This document shows, one piece after another, positions 51,478 to 64,000 of a stretch of 64,000 nucleotides of DNA (the stretch's first letter is position 1; the number at the start of each line of letters is the position of its first letter). The DNA is from Mizuhopecten yessoensis (lineage: Eukaryota). The position numbers and the translations under genes were made by a program. Location: the NCBI RefSeq assembly GCF_002113885.1, contig NW_018407700.1:499373-563372 (forward strand), given 5' to 3'. The notes beneath the pieces are model-generated. The model saw only the letters and a list, made by a program, of their open reading frames with translations. It was not told the DNA's origin and ran no database searches.

Positions 51478-52012
51478 TCTAAAGGTTTTGACCACCCGTT
51501 TTGACAGATAGGCAATTGTATGTGATGTAAGCGACCCAAATTACGCATAAAAAGGAACGATAATATAACTAGATAACGAATTAGGTGACCTAAGGATATC
51601 TTAACAATGATAACTAAAAACTGTAGAAAATTAAACTTAATGAAGGATTATAGCAAAGTGACAACAGCACCAAAATAATGATACATGTGATACTTTTTCC
51701 GTTTCCGTAATATGTGCAAACTTTAGTATCGCTGTCTAAAAGCCGCTTATGTGTCGTCAAAGACAACAAATATTTTCTGTTTTGCAGAGACTTTTGGGTC
51801 CCCATAACCTAGACACCCTTTGGGAAACGTTAGCATGCAATATTTTGAGAAAACTATACTCTAGAGATAATTGTGTTTGTACTCCAAAAACACAACTGGT
51901 GAGTGAGCAACATGTGTGTGTTATGTTTGTGACTGCAGACTGCAGTGACTCGATCGATCTACTATAGGCGTATAGCTAGTAGCTAGATAGGCCTAACATG
52001 TGTCCCGTTACA

Positions 52013-52405
52013 CAGGTCCAGTACACCCTGCCGATTGAGCTATATAGCTGTAAAGACCTATAATAGCTCTATTGACCTATTTGAAATAGGTCTTTTGAGC
52101 TATTTACATGTGATTTTCCTTTTTAGGAAATATAAGTATCCTTTTTAAAAAATAATGATGTAAAAAAATTGGAATTTTTTCATTTATGAAAAAAGAAAAT
52201 TAACATCTAACTGTATGCTTTTATAGTCAATAGTAACATAAACCTTATTGTTTTATGCGACTTTGATTTAATTTGATTAAGAGAATTAAAATCTGAGAAT
52301 ATATAGCTCCATGCAGCTATAATTTACAATAATTGATGTAGCTATATAGTCTTTATACATGTAGCTACAAATGTATATAGCTCAATCGGCAGAGTACTGG
52401 ACCTG
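52013..52405. mobile_element. 393-bp TIR element with apparent 5-bp TSD (TTACA) between SVIP and INSC
   Basis: ttaca[CAGGTCCAGTACaccCTGCCGATTGAGCTATATA...TATATAGCTCAATCGGCAGaGTACTGGACCTG]ttaca. Confidence 0.8.
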
Positions 52406-52479
52406 TTACAATGTGTGTCCTGTGAAATGTGTTGAGGAGATGGTTAAACCATTGACTTAGATTAAGTCCGGTGTTAAAC

Positions 52480-52511
52480 CACGGAATTAGATTATGTAAT
52501 CTAAGTCCGTG
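52480..52511. mobile_element. 32-bp hairpin micro-element, inverted orientation, with 7-bp TSD (GTTAAAC/GTTGAAC); degenerate tandem copy at 52450-52472
   Basis: gttaaac[cattgacttagattaagtccggt]gttaaac[CACGGAATTAGATtatgtaATCTAAGTCCGTG]gttgaac. Confidence 0.75.
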
Positions 52512-53219
52512 GTTGAACGTATTATATCACGCAGCGAAAACCGTAATTCTGATCATGTATGACTGGAGTATATATCAAATAAAAGTAATGATTAATATCG
52601 TTTAATTTGGCAAGTACTAGGCAAAGGGAATTATATCTTGAAAATGAAAGGTGTTGCCCTTTGTCATAAAGATTACTCTTAAAATACTGAATGACATATA
52701 CTTCGACTCATTTTGATGCAGAGCCTCCGGGGCCAAAGGGAACTAATGTTGTAACAACTTATGCAAATGAAAGGAGTCACCCTCCCCTAGGACTTAATTC
52801 TCTCTGGATCAAAAGGCATGTAACAGAACCCACTGTAGCAATTAAATTGAGAATAATCTCAAAATACTACTTTTAAGTAAAGATAAAGGGATATCAAAAC
52901 CTGCTTCATATTAAGCATATTCTTGACCATAGAATATCAAATGTTGTCGCAGATACATGGAGCCTTGAAAAATAATGGCACCAAAATTTTAGAAGACTGT
53001 ATAAAGTAACATCACTGAAATATAATATATTCTATAATCACAACAAATTCATTAAGTTTATTTTCCATATTTGAATTTTATTTTAGGTATCAAATACCCA
53101 TATACTGTACAGGCAACTTTCCATGTCACTATAGATCGTACATGTACATACAGGTATCCATGCCGGTCCATTGGTGTGGAAGAGACTGATTGTGGTACAA
53201 CATGCTGTAAAGAGGCATC

Positions 53220-56200
53220 ATGTTGCGGTACAGTGTCAAAAAGAGGTAAGATAAGAGATTTGATAGATGAGGATTATTATGTACACCTCGATCCTTGTGT
53301 ATATAGATCACATGTACCCTGCTGGTAATATAACTGATTAAATTAATTAAATCCCATATGTAGGTACATGTATCCGTATATACAGTGTATGTGGGATATA
53401 TAGAATCTTTCACCCCCTTGGGGATGAATTATTATTTTTTCTGTTGACCCTGTCATATACATTACAAGTTCAATGCATTGCTGTCCCAACGTTGATGCAT
53501 TGTTACGGGCCTTGAAACAGTTGTAATGAATTGGGTACCCCCCACCCCCTGTCTGAACCTTCGGGTGAGACAAGGATATAAAATAAAAAGGGATATTCTA
53601 CCCAAGGTTAGAATTTCCAAATCCCAAATATTTAGAAATGAATAAAAACAAACTAAGATCATATTTGGAAAGAGCAGAAAAAAGTATGATATGCCAATGG
53701 TATACCTCAAATTTAAAGATCAACGCATGACATTCAGGGCAAGCTTGTACAATAACACTTAAGTTCCAGGGCCCACTTGTATAAAACATCTCAAAGTTAA
53801 GGAAAATCTCAAGCAATGTATTGTCTATGGGAAATCTAAGACTTAAGGAAATCTCAAGAGTTGAAATCTTTTATACAAGTGGGCCATGATCATGAGGTGG
53901 TGTCACTTGTTGGCAAGATTATCACAGTCAGTCAAATGATGGTTTGACAGGTTTATTGATTGTGAGGTCATGATTAATACAATGCTGTCATCTGATTGTA
54001 ACAGGTCACTGAGTGCACCATGTGTGATGTACGTATTCCACAAAAGTTTTATATGGGACATGTTAAGTAAGAGTTTTTTCAATGTAATTTCTGCACAGAT
54101 CAGACAGCTGGAAACTCATTGTTTAAGTTAAAAGAGAAATATTGGGATATACATACCAGTTTTAACCTTGTCCACACAATACTTCTATCTATTTTTATTT
54201 TTTTTGACAATGCTAGGGAGAAATTCATATTTGAACATGCTTTCTTTTTGACAGTGCTAAGGAGAAATTCATATTTGACCCTACTCAGCAATGGTTGTCT
54301 GACATCCGCTGGTCAACAGAAACAGAATGTATGAGTGTTCTACAGGGAAAGTCTCTCCTCACAGAGATGGACAAGTACAGCCTTAATGCCGCTGTTGTTA
54401 AAAGTAGGTAAATTAAAAACATGTTATAGGGAAATAGCATATGTGGGGATGACAATTTTGGAGTCTTGAATTCAATAGCAAAGAAGATGCTAAATTTAAC
54501 TTCAATTCAGTGTGTTACATTAGCTGTGTAATGAGTTTATAAGAATGTGTTTTGCATTACTGAAAGAGTTGCAAAGTAAAGTATTAGCTGTATAATCAGT
54601 ATATTTATGCATTTTTTTTAATTAGGGCTATGTTATTTTGCGTTTGATTGAGGATATTGGTATTAGTGCCGTGTAGAATTCACAAAAAAACAGGTTTTCA
54701 TTACATTTCTAGTGCTGTTGTGTAAAACCTTTGCACAATCAGCTGATCAAACTGGTATATAGACTGGTCAGTAGAGTGAAATCATATGATGAGTAACAGT
54801 ATGTGTTAACTAACCCTTGTCACATCACAGTCATATAATTTATTGGTTAACTGGATTTGAAAAAAGTGACCTGAATATAGTAACCAGACTACTATGTTTT
54901 CAATAAAACTTAAAATACCTTATAAATTTACCTACCTGTGCATGTGTATGAATTTACCTACCTGTGCATGTGTCATTGCGTTGGGATTTCAATGCCTTCT
55001 AGAATTATGAGCCTTGATTGAATCATCTGTCTATTTAGACCTCCTAAAGAACAGCACTGATTTTAAAATAACTTTGCAAATATCTAACTCATCATATGCA
55101 TGTGTTAAGGATATGCTGTTTGATGTTCTGTTTGAATAGTAAGTATGACCCTTCATGTTACCATGCTCACCACATTAGTTATAATTACTTCAGTAATACA
55201 ATGTAGGTATATGTTAGTATATGTTTCATTAACATACCGTTTTATCAATGTATCATTTTGTTTCCTCAGATGGAATTGACACAATACGGGACGATTCTCA
55301 TCACATCAGCAATGAGTTCACTAAATTATTCAAGTGAGTTATCAACACTGATCAGCTGCCTGTTGATGTTGTGTCAATCCAATTGGGATATTTCCTGTAT
55401 GTTCATATACTTTACCTTTGCCTTGATACTTAAAAAAAATGCTTTTATTCTTTGCTTTTTACTTCATTAGAAATAATCTTATTCTAGGAAATATTTTATA
55501 AGTTGAGCATACACTGTACATTTATGATTACCATTTAACAATTAAGGAGATTCAGATTAATTTTGTCTCGACTATTCCCTTAAAAACGATTGTCATTTGT
55601 ATATTTCCGTATTTAATTATCATTTCTGATTTATAGGTATGTAGAAGCTGAGAAGTGGTCAGCTGTACGGTCATTGGTAATTCAACTCACCTGTCACATC
55701 AGGTCCCTCATCCAGGAGTGTAACTTGTCCTTGCCTGACCCACCCTCGTATATACTAGAGGTAGATTGAACTTAAATGATCTTATTGTTTTTGATCTGCT
55801 CGTAACAAATTTCAATTACTGTTGCTGTATAAATCCATTTGAGGGTTATGGCTTATATGAGTATGAGTTGGTGAGGGGACAGCAAATTAGGAGACACTTA
55901 CATGTAATTATAAATTATACTTTATTTAAATGAAATGCCCTGATGTATGGAATAACATGTTTTTAACCTTAAGTCTTGGTGTATATACTGTTATACAAAT
56001 GTACTGTAATTCTTCGATTTTGACATTTTCTACTTTTTCTTTCTTCATTGTACAGCAACAAGAAACAGTGATGGGTGAATGTGCGAAGTTGGCTCAGCAG
56101 GTTGACAGGTAAGGTGTTCTCTGTATCCTATCAGAATCAGTATGATATTCATCTTATTCCAACACTTAAATAGTACTACAATACCAGAGTATTTGAAATT

Positions 56201-59200
56201 GTAATCAAGCCATCTTCCATCTTCATAAGGATATACATGTTAACGAAGGAAACTTTTTTCTTGGGAACAGATAGTTCTGTGTATTTCTACTATTAATTAC
56301 TTTTTATGTTCCTGTACATTTAAACAATATTTTTTCGTAACTACTGTTACATATACATACTTGTACTACTAAAATAATTTTGAGACAAATGATTTTGTAT
56401 CTCAGATAATTTATATTGAATAGGAACTCTGTGTATTTCTACTATTAATTACTTTTTATGTTACTGTACATTTAAACAATATTTTTTCGTAACTACTGTT
56501 ACATATACATACTTGTACTACTAAAATAATTTTGAGACAAATGATTTTGTATCTCAGATAATTTATATTGAATAGGAACTGCAGGAGTATCAATAAGTTT
56601 TTCATTTATGAATTTGCAAATTTTAATTATGTCTTGTTGGAAATGTTTTGATCAAATTAACATCAGAGGGGTGCATGTTGTTTTACCAGAAAAAGTAGTA
56701 CTTCAAAGGATGACCGGACACCACCTAAAATTCCAGTCACTAACCAACTGACATTCCTAGGTCAAGCATTTAGTCGCCTGGTAGACCTTGCCCTTGGACA
56801 TTTATTACAGGTATATATATATGTTGTGTCTGTGAGTTGTCTTGCTAATGCAGTTGTACATGATGATGTGTAAAATAGTTGAGAATGAGCTATTTATAGT
56901 TGATCATTACATAACAAGGACTGATCAAAATGTTTTTTATTAAGAACGATCAAACAGTTGATAAATTGAGCTGTCTGGTTTTACATTAACAGAAGGTGGT
57001 GGAGACCCTTGACGAGGCCAATAATCCTGTGACATTGTCCAGTGCACTCGGGACAGTGGTCAGTCTAGGGCTGGAAGGAGAACACATGTGCTATATCTTT
57101 GCTAGGGTAAGGTGTTCTGTTCAGGATCACTCCTATAAACACCATTTGTACTAGTTTTTTTTCAGAAACACAAAGCAACACATTTTTAGTATATTTGTGG
57201 TGTTAAGGTTTTCTTCATAACACCATATGTACAAAGGAACATAAATACAATATTTGCCAGGGTAAAATCAGATCCACAGGTACATGAACCAGGAAAAATA
57301 AATAAGAAGAAGTTTGCAAGAATATCGGGGGTGACCTTTGGAACATGAACAATTTCTGACTCTTGTACCATGATTATCTTTAAAAGATTAAACATAATAG
57401 TTTTGAATCTTTATATGAAATAAATGTATAAGTATTCTGTGCTTTCTACCTAAAAGGTGTTTTCATATAAAATCAGTATTTATATAAATTTATGTTGGTG
57501 ATTACTTTGTATAGTAGCAGTATGAAGGTTTCTGTATAAAACATATGAAATGTTATACATTTGTACATTATATACTGGCTATGTGTGTTTCAGGAGGGAG
57601 GTGTGAGGGCATTACTGGACATCTGTCGGACAGAATCTTTGAGCTTCATACATCCACAGACCCTGAGAGCCCTAGCCACCATCTGTTGTGTAGCAGAGGG
57701 AATATTTGAAATAGAAAAGGTCAGTATCACGGAAAATAGTCATTGCTTTTCTGGATAAATTAGGTTCAATGATGGAATGAAAATTGATAACTTTCTGTTA
57801 GTCCGGTAACCTGTATACAATTTGGAAACACTACTACAATATATAGCTTTCATTCACTGCCAATACATGTATATATACTTTGACAGGAGGGAGGTGTGGA
57901 GTGTCTAATGGACATCTTATGTGACTATTCTGGTGGTGAGAAGGTACGAGGCGAGGTGGCAGGGGTACTGGCACAAGTTACTTCCCCTTGTCTTGAAAAC
58001 TTCCAGCAGTTGTCGGGCCTGGTAGAAAACTTGGATGAAATTTTACGGGCATTGATCGGTATGTCATTTATGAGGGCATTCTGTAACTCATTCTGCTTCA
58101 GATATTATTTTGTGTGTGGAACTATACCAGGATAAAACAAACTAGTTTTTATTATTTGTTTTTAAATTTGTGTGATTGGCGTTTTTGTTTTTACAAAAGT
58201 GGCTTTGTTGTACATGTATTTGAGTTTGTTGGTAAAATTTGTATTACAGTGTTTAAATTGCATAATGATCTTAAATTTCAATTGCAAATCTTGTAAGTTT
58301 ATTTAATGTTTCAATTTGTATAAGAGCTGTTCCAGATATGAATATATGAATTTTGGCTAGAGTTGTCAGGGAAGCACTTATTGATTGAAACTTGTTTGTC
58401 TCTTAGGTTTATGTGCCAACACTCTTTCCCATGAAGTATTTCTGTTGGCATCGGCAGCTATTGCAAACATCACGTTTATGGACAGCATGGCATGTGATAT
58501 TCTGCTCAAGTATGATGCCCCGCGTGTTCTCATCCAGTCATGCGGTACCAGTGTGGCACAGTCTCTCTTCGCGAAGGACCAGGTGTGTTTGTATATGAAT
58601 TTGCCATTTATTGACAACAAAAGAATATTTACAATCAAAACGCGTCAGGTAGTAAACCATACTTTATCCTGCCTTTCCAAAATATGTTCTTGGTTAATTT
58701 GCATGCTAACTGGAAAATCTATTATTATTTATTGTTGTATTGGCAATGTCATTGTCCGTTTGTCACCCTTTCTGGATGAGAGGTGAGAGAAAAAAGTCAA
58801 TCATTATGTAGGTATAGAAGATAGAAAAATTCAAACTTTGAGGGTAGAATTCAGGCTTTGAACTGATGCTGAGGTTCTGAACCCAGATTCAATACCTAAG
58901 GGTGGAATTTCCCTATCTATCATACATGTACCTATGTTTGATAGAATCTACTAGTTATGTCACATACGAATTGTTATATTTAATAGATTCATTAAATAAT
59001 CTATACATCTGTTTTAGGTGGCAACAGTCCTAGCCAATATGGTTGCTGTTGACAACTGTAGACAGTGCATTATAAATAGTGGTGGCCTTGACCTTTGCCT
59101 ACAGTTGCTACAGGAACGACCTTTGACCTACAAATCTTCAGCAGAGATTGCTGCCTGTGAAAGGGTTCAGCAGAAGTCAGCCATTGCCCTGGCCAGACTC

Positions 59201-60336
59201 TGTAGAGAAGAAGAGATTGCCCAAATTATTGTAGAAATGGAAGGTAGGTTTTTAAAAAACCCTGCAATGAAGTGAAGGCTGAGCCTCGTTTCAATGCTGA
59301 ACTGTATCTGAGTCAAGTATGTACTATTTCTGTTACAGTGGAAGAAATAATCTGTTTAACATATAAATCATGCTCATATAGTACTGTATGTTGAAAGATT
59401 GTATTTCACTGCAGACAGTTTATGTTTGATATTGATGATGCTATGTAAATCAGGTACCCAAACACTACACTCAAAATAGAACAGTAAACATGTTCAGACC
59501 TTTAGTTATGAAATGATGAATTCCACTGTCATGAGCGTTTCCGTGGTTACTGTAGGTATACCCCGCCTGGTGGAGCTTTGTAGGAATAAAGGGGAAAGAA
59601 ACAACAGTGATGCAGTATTAGTGGCCTGTCTGGTGAGTTAAGAAATGTCTGGTACAATTGTTTTGAAATTTTCAAGTTCTGTGCACCCTGGAAATTGTCA
59701 AGACAAAATTGAAGGCACACAGTTAGCTATTTTATTGGTTTCATGTGAAAAAACCTGACTAATTGCTAGGCTGGGACCTGTCCTTGGAAGATTACTGAGG
59801 AATGATGCCAGACTTCAATCCATTACATTTTACCGTTATGCTGCTAAGCGATTCTTTTTATGTACATCATAGGATCAAAGTAATCTACTTGTATCATCTA
59901 CAAGGTGTTGTGTACAGAGCCTTTAATTGTATCATGACATATACCAGGGGTGCAGAGAACTTAAACGAGCTGAACCCCTAGAGTATCAAAGATTGTGTAT
60001 CATTCTGGCTTTAGATCTCAATTATTTATGTTAAATTTCTTAATTCATCAAAACATTTGAAAACAAATTTGATAACATACCTTCCATTATTTTTGGTTTG
60101 CATTAACGTTGACAAAAGTATTTGTATACATTTGTAATGATTTATATCTAAATAAAATAAAAAGTTTGATGATATAATGTACATGACTAATTTTTGTATT
60201 TCAGGCTGCCCTTAGGAAGGTGAGTGCTCTATACAAAACAGAAAATATCATTGATATTGATTTTAAACAACTGATTCAGCCACGGCTCATGGATTCTTTT
60301 CTCATATGTACAAATACTGATGAGAACTTTGTATGA
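53220..60336 (+). CDS. INSC: Protein inscuteable homolog (spindle-orientation adaptor, ARM repeats), 13 coding exons, ~519 aa
   Basis: Exons (+): 53220-53245, 54255-54403, 55270-55333, 55637-55760, 56056-56108, 56690-56810, 56993-57106, 57594-57719, 57887-58058, 58407-58582, 59018-59243, 59556-59632, 60205-60336; GT-AG, total 1560 nt. LGN/Pins-binding segment QWLSDIRWSTETECMSVLQGK, LTCHIRS, EVFLLASAAIANITF, ACERVQQKSAIALARL, ERNNSDAVLVACLAALRK and PDZ-binding C-terminus ENFV*. First coding exon is least certain (in-frame TAA just upstream of the ATG). Confidence 0.94.
53770..53885. mobile_element. 116-bp PIF/Harbinger-like MITE, copy 1 (INSC intron)
   Basis: TIR GGCCCACTTGTATAAAA...TTTTATACAAGTGGGCC; near-identical to 62440-62555. 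Confidence 0.8.
56276..56580. repeat. 152-bp near-perfect tandem duplication in an INSC intron
   Basis: tctgtgtatttctactatt...gaataggaact at 56276 and 56428. Confidence 0.9.
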
Positions 60337-61569
60337 CAGCTGGCAATTGGTGAATCACCCTCGCTTACAATGATATTTCTTGCAGTATTCAGAATTGCTG
60401 ACTGACACCTGTGTATGGCTACTGTGTTTACAGGGCATGATGGAAATGGTCTTATATGGATACTGGATACATAGTTTATATGAACATGTTCAAATATCAG
60501 ATTCAGTATCAGGTTTGTAATAAAAACTAAGGCATGCATTTGCAGAAATGAAAATAACTAGAACCAATATTAGTCTAGGTATGCAAACATATATATGATG
60601 TATACACAGTTAAGGGTGAAAATAAGTGATGATCCTCTAGGATCACATGGTTATAGTTAACCTCTTTATACTGCCACTTATATAATTTGGCCACGTCAAA
60701 TCAAACCCCTTTTATAATGCCAAAACGTTTGCTGTCTAATTGGTATTGCTGAAATGGGGATTTACTATATGTTTAGAAAATATTCATTGTGTAAAAGCTA
60801 GAAATTTACATTGATTAATAATATAAAAGGGAAATGACTTTAACTGTGGTACTATTTTCTCAAAACATCTACCCACAGCATTGCCGTTGTGTTATATAGT
60901 CACAACAATTTTTAAATACATGTTGTAAAATTGAATTACCACAAAAGTATATGATTTTAATGTCATTTTAGTTTTTTATACCATAAAATCTTTTTATAAT
61001 GTAGTATTATTATCATATATCCTACCATTTATTTTGATTATGTTTAAATGTCTGTAGCCGTGTAGAGATTATTATTTGATTCTGCATAGATAATTTTACA
61101 CCATGGATGGAACAATGCGATAAATCGTGTGGATTTAATCATTAATCATAATCCATTAAATATATTCTGGTACAATTGTACCAGTATTTTGTTTATCTAG
61201 TTCAAATTAATTTGATTGTTATTCCATTAGGATAAGGTATTTCAGTTTACCTCCACCTAAACGGATAAGAGTGCTTGATCAGTTAAAATGTCTGACTCTA
61301 AAACCCATAGTACATTGTAAAGTGATTAAGGTAAACATTCACTGTGATTATTAAGTTAAGAATGGTATGTTTTCTGAATCAACCCATCAAGATTATCTTA
61401 ACAATGTTGGCCTCTCAAGATAGATACACATACAAAACATGTCAATTTCACTTGGTATGTGGACGAACTTGTTGCCAATTACTCGTGTAATACGTCATAG
61501 AATTTCACAAGTAAGACCTCATTTATTACTCTTGCTTAACATGAACATGATGCCTTTATAAGAGAAACC

Positions 61570-61955
61570 TGGATAGAATATGTTATATAGGACACAATGT
61601 GTGTTATATAAGACATAAATTATGTCTTATATAATATACATTGTGTCTTATATAACACACATTGTATTCTATATATTACACATTGTATCTTATATAATAT
61701 ACATTGTATCTTATATAACATAAATTGTATCAAATATAACATAAATTATGTCTTATATAACATACATTGTGTTATATTTGATACAATTATTTGTGTAAAA
61801 TATAGAATACAATGTATGTTACATAAGACACAATGTATGTTATATGAGTACGATGTATGTTATATAAGATACGATGTGTGTTATATAAGATACGATGTAT
61901 GTTATATAAAACACAACGAATGTTATATTAGATACAATGTTTGTTATGTAAGACG
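61570..61955. repeat. ~22-bp repeats in both orientations (foldback/MITE-like)
   Basis: (TTATATAAGAYACAATGTRTG)n and its reverse complement (CAYACATTGTRTCTTATATAA)n. Confidence 0.75.
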
Positions 61956-62439
61956 AATGTTTGTATGTTTTGACTAATTAAAAATAAACATTACATGAGT
62001 GACCTTGTGTCGGGAGGATAGATGTGCTGTCAAAATATAACATTTAAGATAAACAAAATCAAGGAAGGATTCACCAAGATTAGGATATGAGGAGTATGGT
62101 GTGTAAATTTCATTTTTGGAATTCATTTATTAATTGCTTAGTCAATTTACCAGATAGCAGTATTTTTCTTTGCGGTGTTATTCTATCCTTCAACCAAGGA
62201 AGAATGATTGGCACGTAGAAAGATTGAGAGATGAACATAACACGGACATGTGATTACATCTATGACATTGGGTGATAGATGCAGACTCAGCAGTATGTCA
62301 GAAATGCTTACTTACATGTTATCTGATACTTAATTGAAATATATATGTTCTTCAGGAAATCAGTCAAACTATAGTCAAAACCTATCAGTATTTTGCCTAT
62401 ATTGATTTTATATGTTTTTGAGATAACTTGTGAGCACTG

Positions 62440-62555
62440 GGCCCACTTGTATAAAACATCTCAAAGTTAAGGAAATTCTCAAGCAATGTATTGTCTATGG
62501 GAAATCATAGACTTGAGGAAATCTCAAGAGTTGAGATGTTTTATACAAGATGGCC
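62440..62555. mobile_element. 116-bp PIF/Harbinger-like MITE, copy 2
   Basis: Same TIR and interior as 53770-53885; flanks CTG/CAG (CWG-type target). Confidence 0.8.
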
Positions 62556-64000
62556 CAGGTGTAGTACATTACAAACTGCCAGATATTCGTAACAAGGTGT
62601 CATAATAACCTTCTCAAACGTGACTTTTTATATGTCAAAGATAACCATTCAAAAATGTTTCTGTGTCAGTTATGATGTATGTATTTCTGTTCATAAAATG
62701 AATTGCCAATTTTACATTCCATAAAAATTGTGATCAATTGTAAAAAATATCAAAAAGTGTATAGGAATTTGTCACTGAAAGTGCTATTGATATTTTATTT
62801 ATGTATATGAAGACATTGTATTCTTTGATGTTTTGGAAGTGTTGTAAAATATGAAGAGGTGTCTTACATGTACCTGTATGTAAAATACTCAAATAAAATA
62901 AGTTGATTAAGGTTGCAATTTGTAACCAAAACTTCATTAAGTTGATTTAAATGATCCCTTGAACAGGAGAAATATACAAGTATATAAATATACACCAAAT
63001 CTTTACAGGGAGAAAATACAGTCATTGAGTCAATTTGACCTTAATCTGATAAAGGTTTGATCCGTATTAATGTTGACGGCATTATCATAAAGTGTTCATG
63101 TTTTATTGTGATAATCTTATCAGTTTAAAACATTGTGATTATGATTTTGAAGCATTTGCATGCCTTTAATAAGAACTTCAGTAGGAAATATCAGTGAAGA
63201 CGATTTTGCCGAGAGATATTCCATATATGATATATGGTGGGGGAAAAGGGTACAGGGCAGTAATTACAAATGATAACATGTATTGGTGATGCTTCTCTAC
63301 ACACTCGCCCCATGTATTGTTTATTTTAGCAAAGCCTTAACTTTGTTGTTTCTGAAATACATGTACATTGCATATAAAAACCTTCCAGTTACATAAAAAT
63401 CACTGTGATTACATCGTTATGAAGATATATAAAAACTCTTTATCAATTTTTATTTCAATTGTTAATATAAATGTTAAAAAAATATTTTTACACACCGATA
63501 AAATATGATTTGTTTCTGTAATAATATATTTGATATCTGAATCAAATATAATGTAATACATAAGCTGCTGAGGTTTATGTCATCAAGTAGGGCAGTAGAC
63601 GGGAATGTTGTCTAGTCTTAGATTTGTCGGACAAGTATTCCCACACAGTGCTATCATGTCAGCCTCACCTTTCAGTTTTGTTTATTCGTTGTTTTCTAAA
63701 ACGTTCTAGATAACGTTTATGCACAGTCCATCTGAATTCATGCTGAAAGCACAAGATCTATTTATAATATGCAAATTGTGATTTTCATTTTTGCTAAAAG
63801 AATATCAAGCTTATATATGATCGTAATTTTCTTTTCGTGTTAAATAGGTGGACGGAGTCTAGAATTCACTATACATATATACTTTTGAAGCTGTAGATCT
63901 GCTGAGCTATAATTGAGATTTTACGCTTACGTAAGTCTTAATGTCATTTTGTCATGTATGTTGTGTTTAACACGACACTTCAATGTCATGACGTCAAGTC

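Overview
AT-rich eukaryotic genomic DNA, not prokaryotic. The repeat content (Helentron/HINE 'pearl'-like elements with ~160-bp cores, SINEs, Penelope and CR1 relics) suggests a marine invertebrate, most likely a bivalve mollusc; this is inference. Five intact multi-exon genes were assembled by hand with GT-AG junctions and consistent phases: VTA1 (-), an AIF1/Iba1-like EF-hand gene (+), NDUFAF3 (-), SVIP (-) and inscuteable/INSC (+). Introns and intergenic DNA hold about ten minisatellite arrays, HINE-like elements, a decayed CR1-like LINE, a Penelope-like relic, SINE fragments and many palindromic MITEs. Almost all long ORFs in the supplied track are repeat artefacts. The most unusual signals are: (1) a dispersed family of 30-32 bp hairpins, each flanked by a different 7-bp target-site duplication, i.e. 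a candidate ultra-small mobile element; (2) two unrelated 75-bp hairpins with shared CAATC...GATTG ends and 9-10 bp duplications; (3) tandem duplication of 3' splice sites in three of the five genes, including a 48-bp satellite that stacks ~22 stop-containing decoy acceptors in front of the NDUFAF3 last exon. All coordinates were read by eye; repeat boundaries may be off by several bases.
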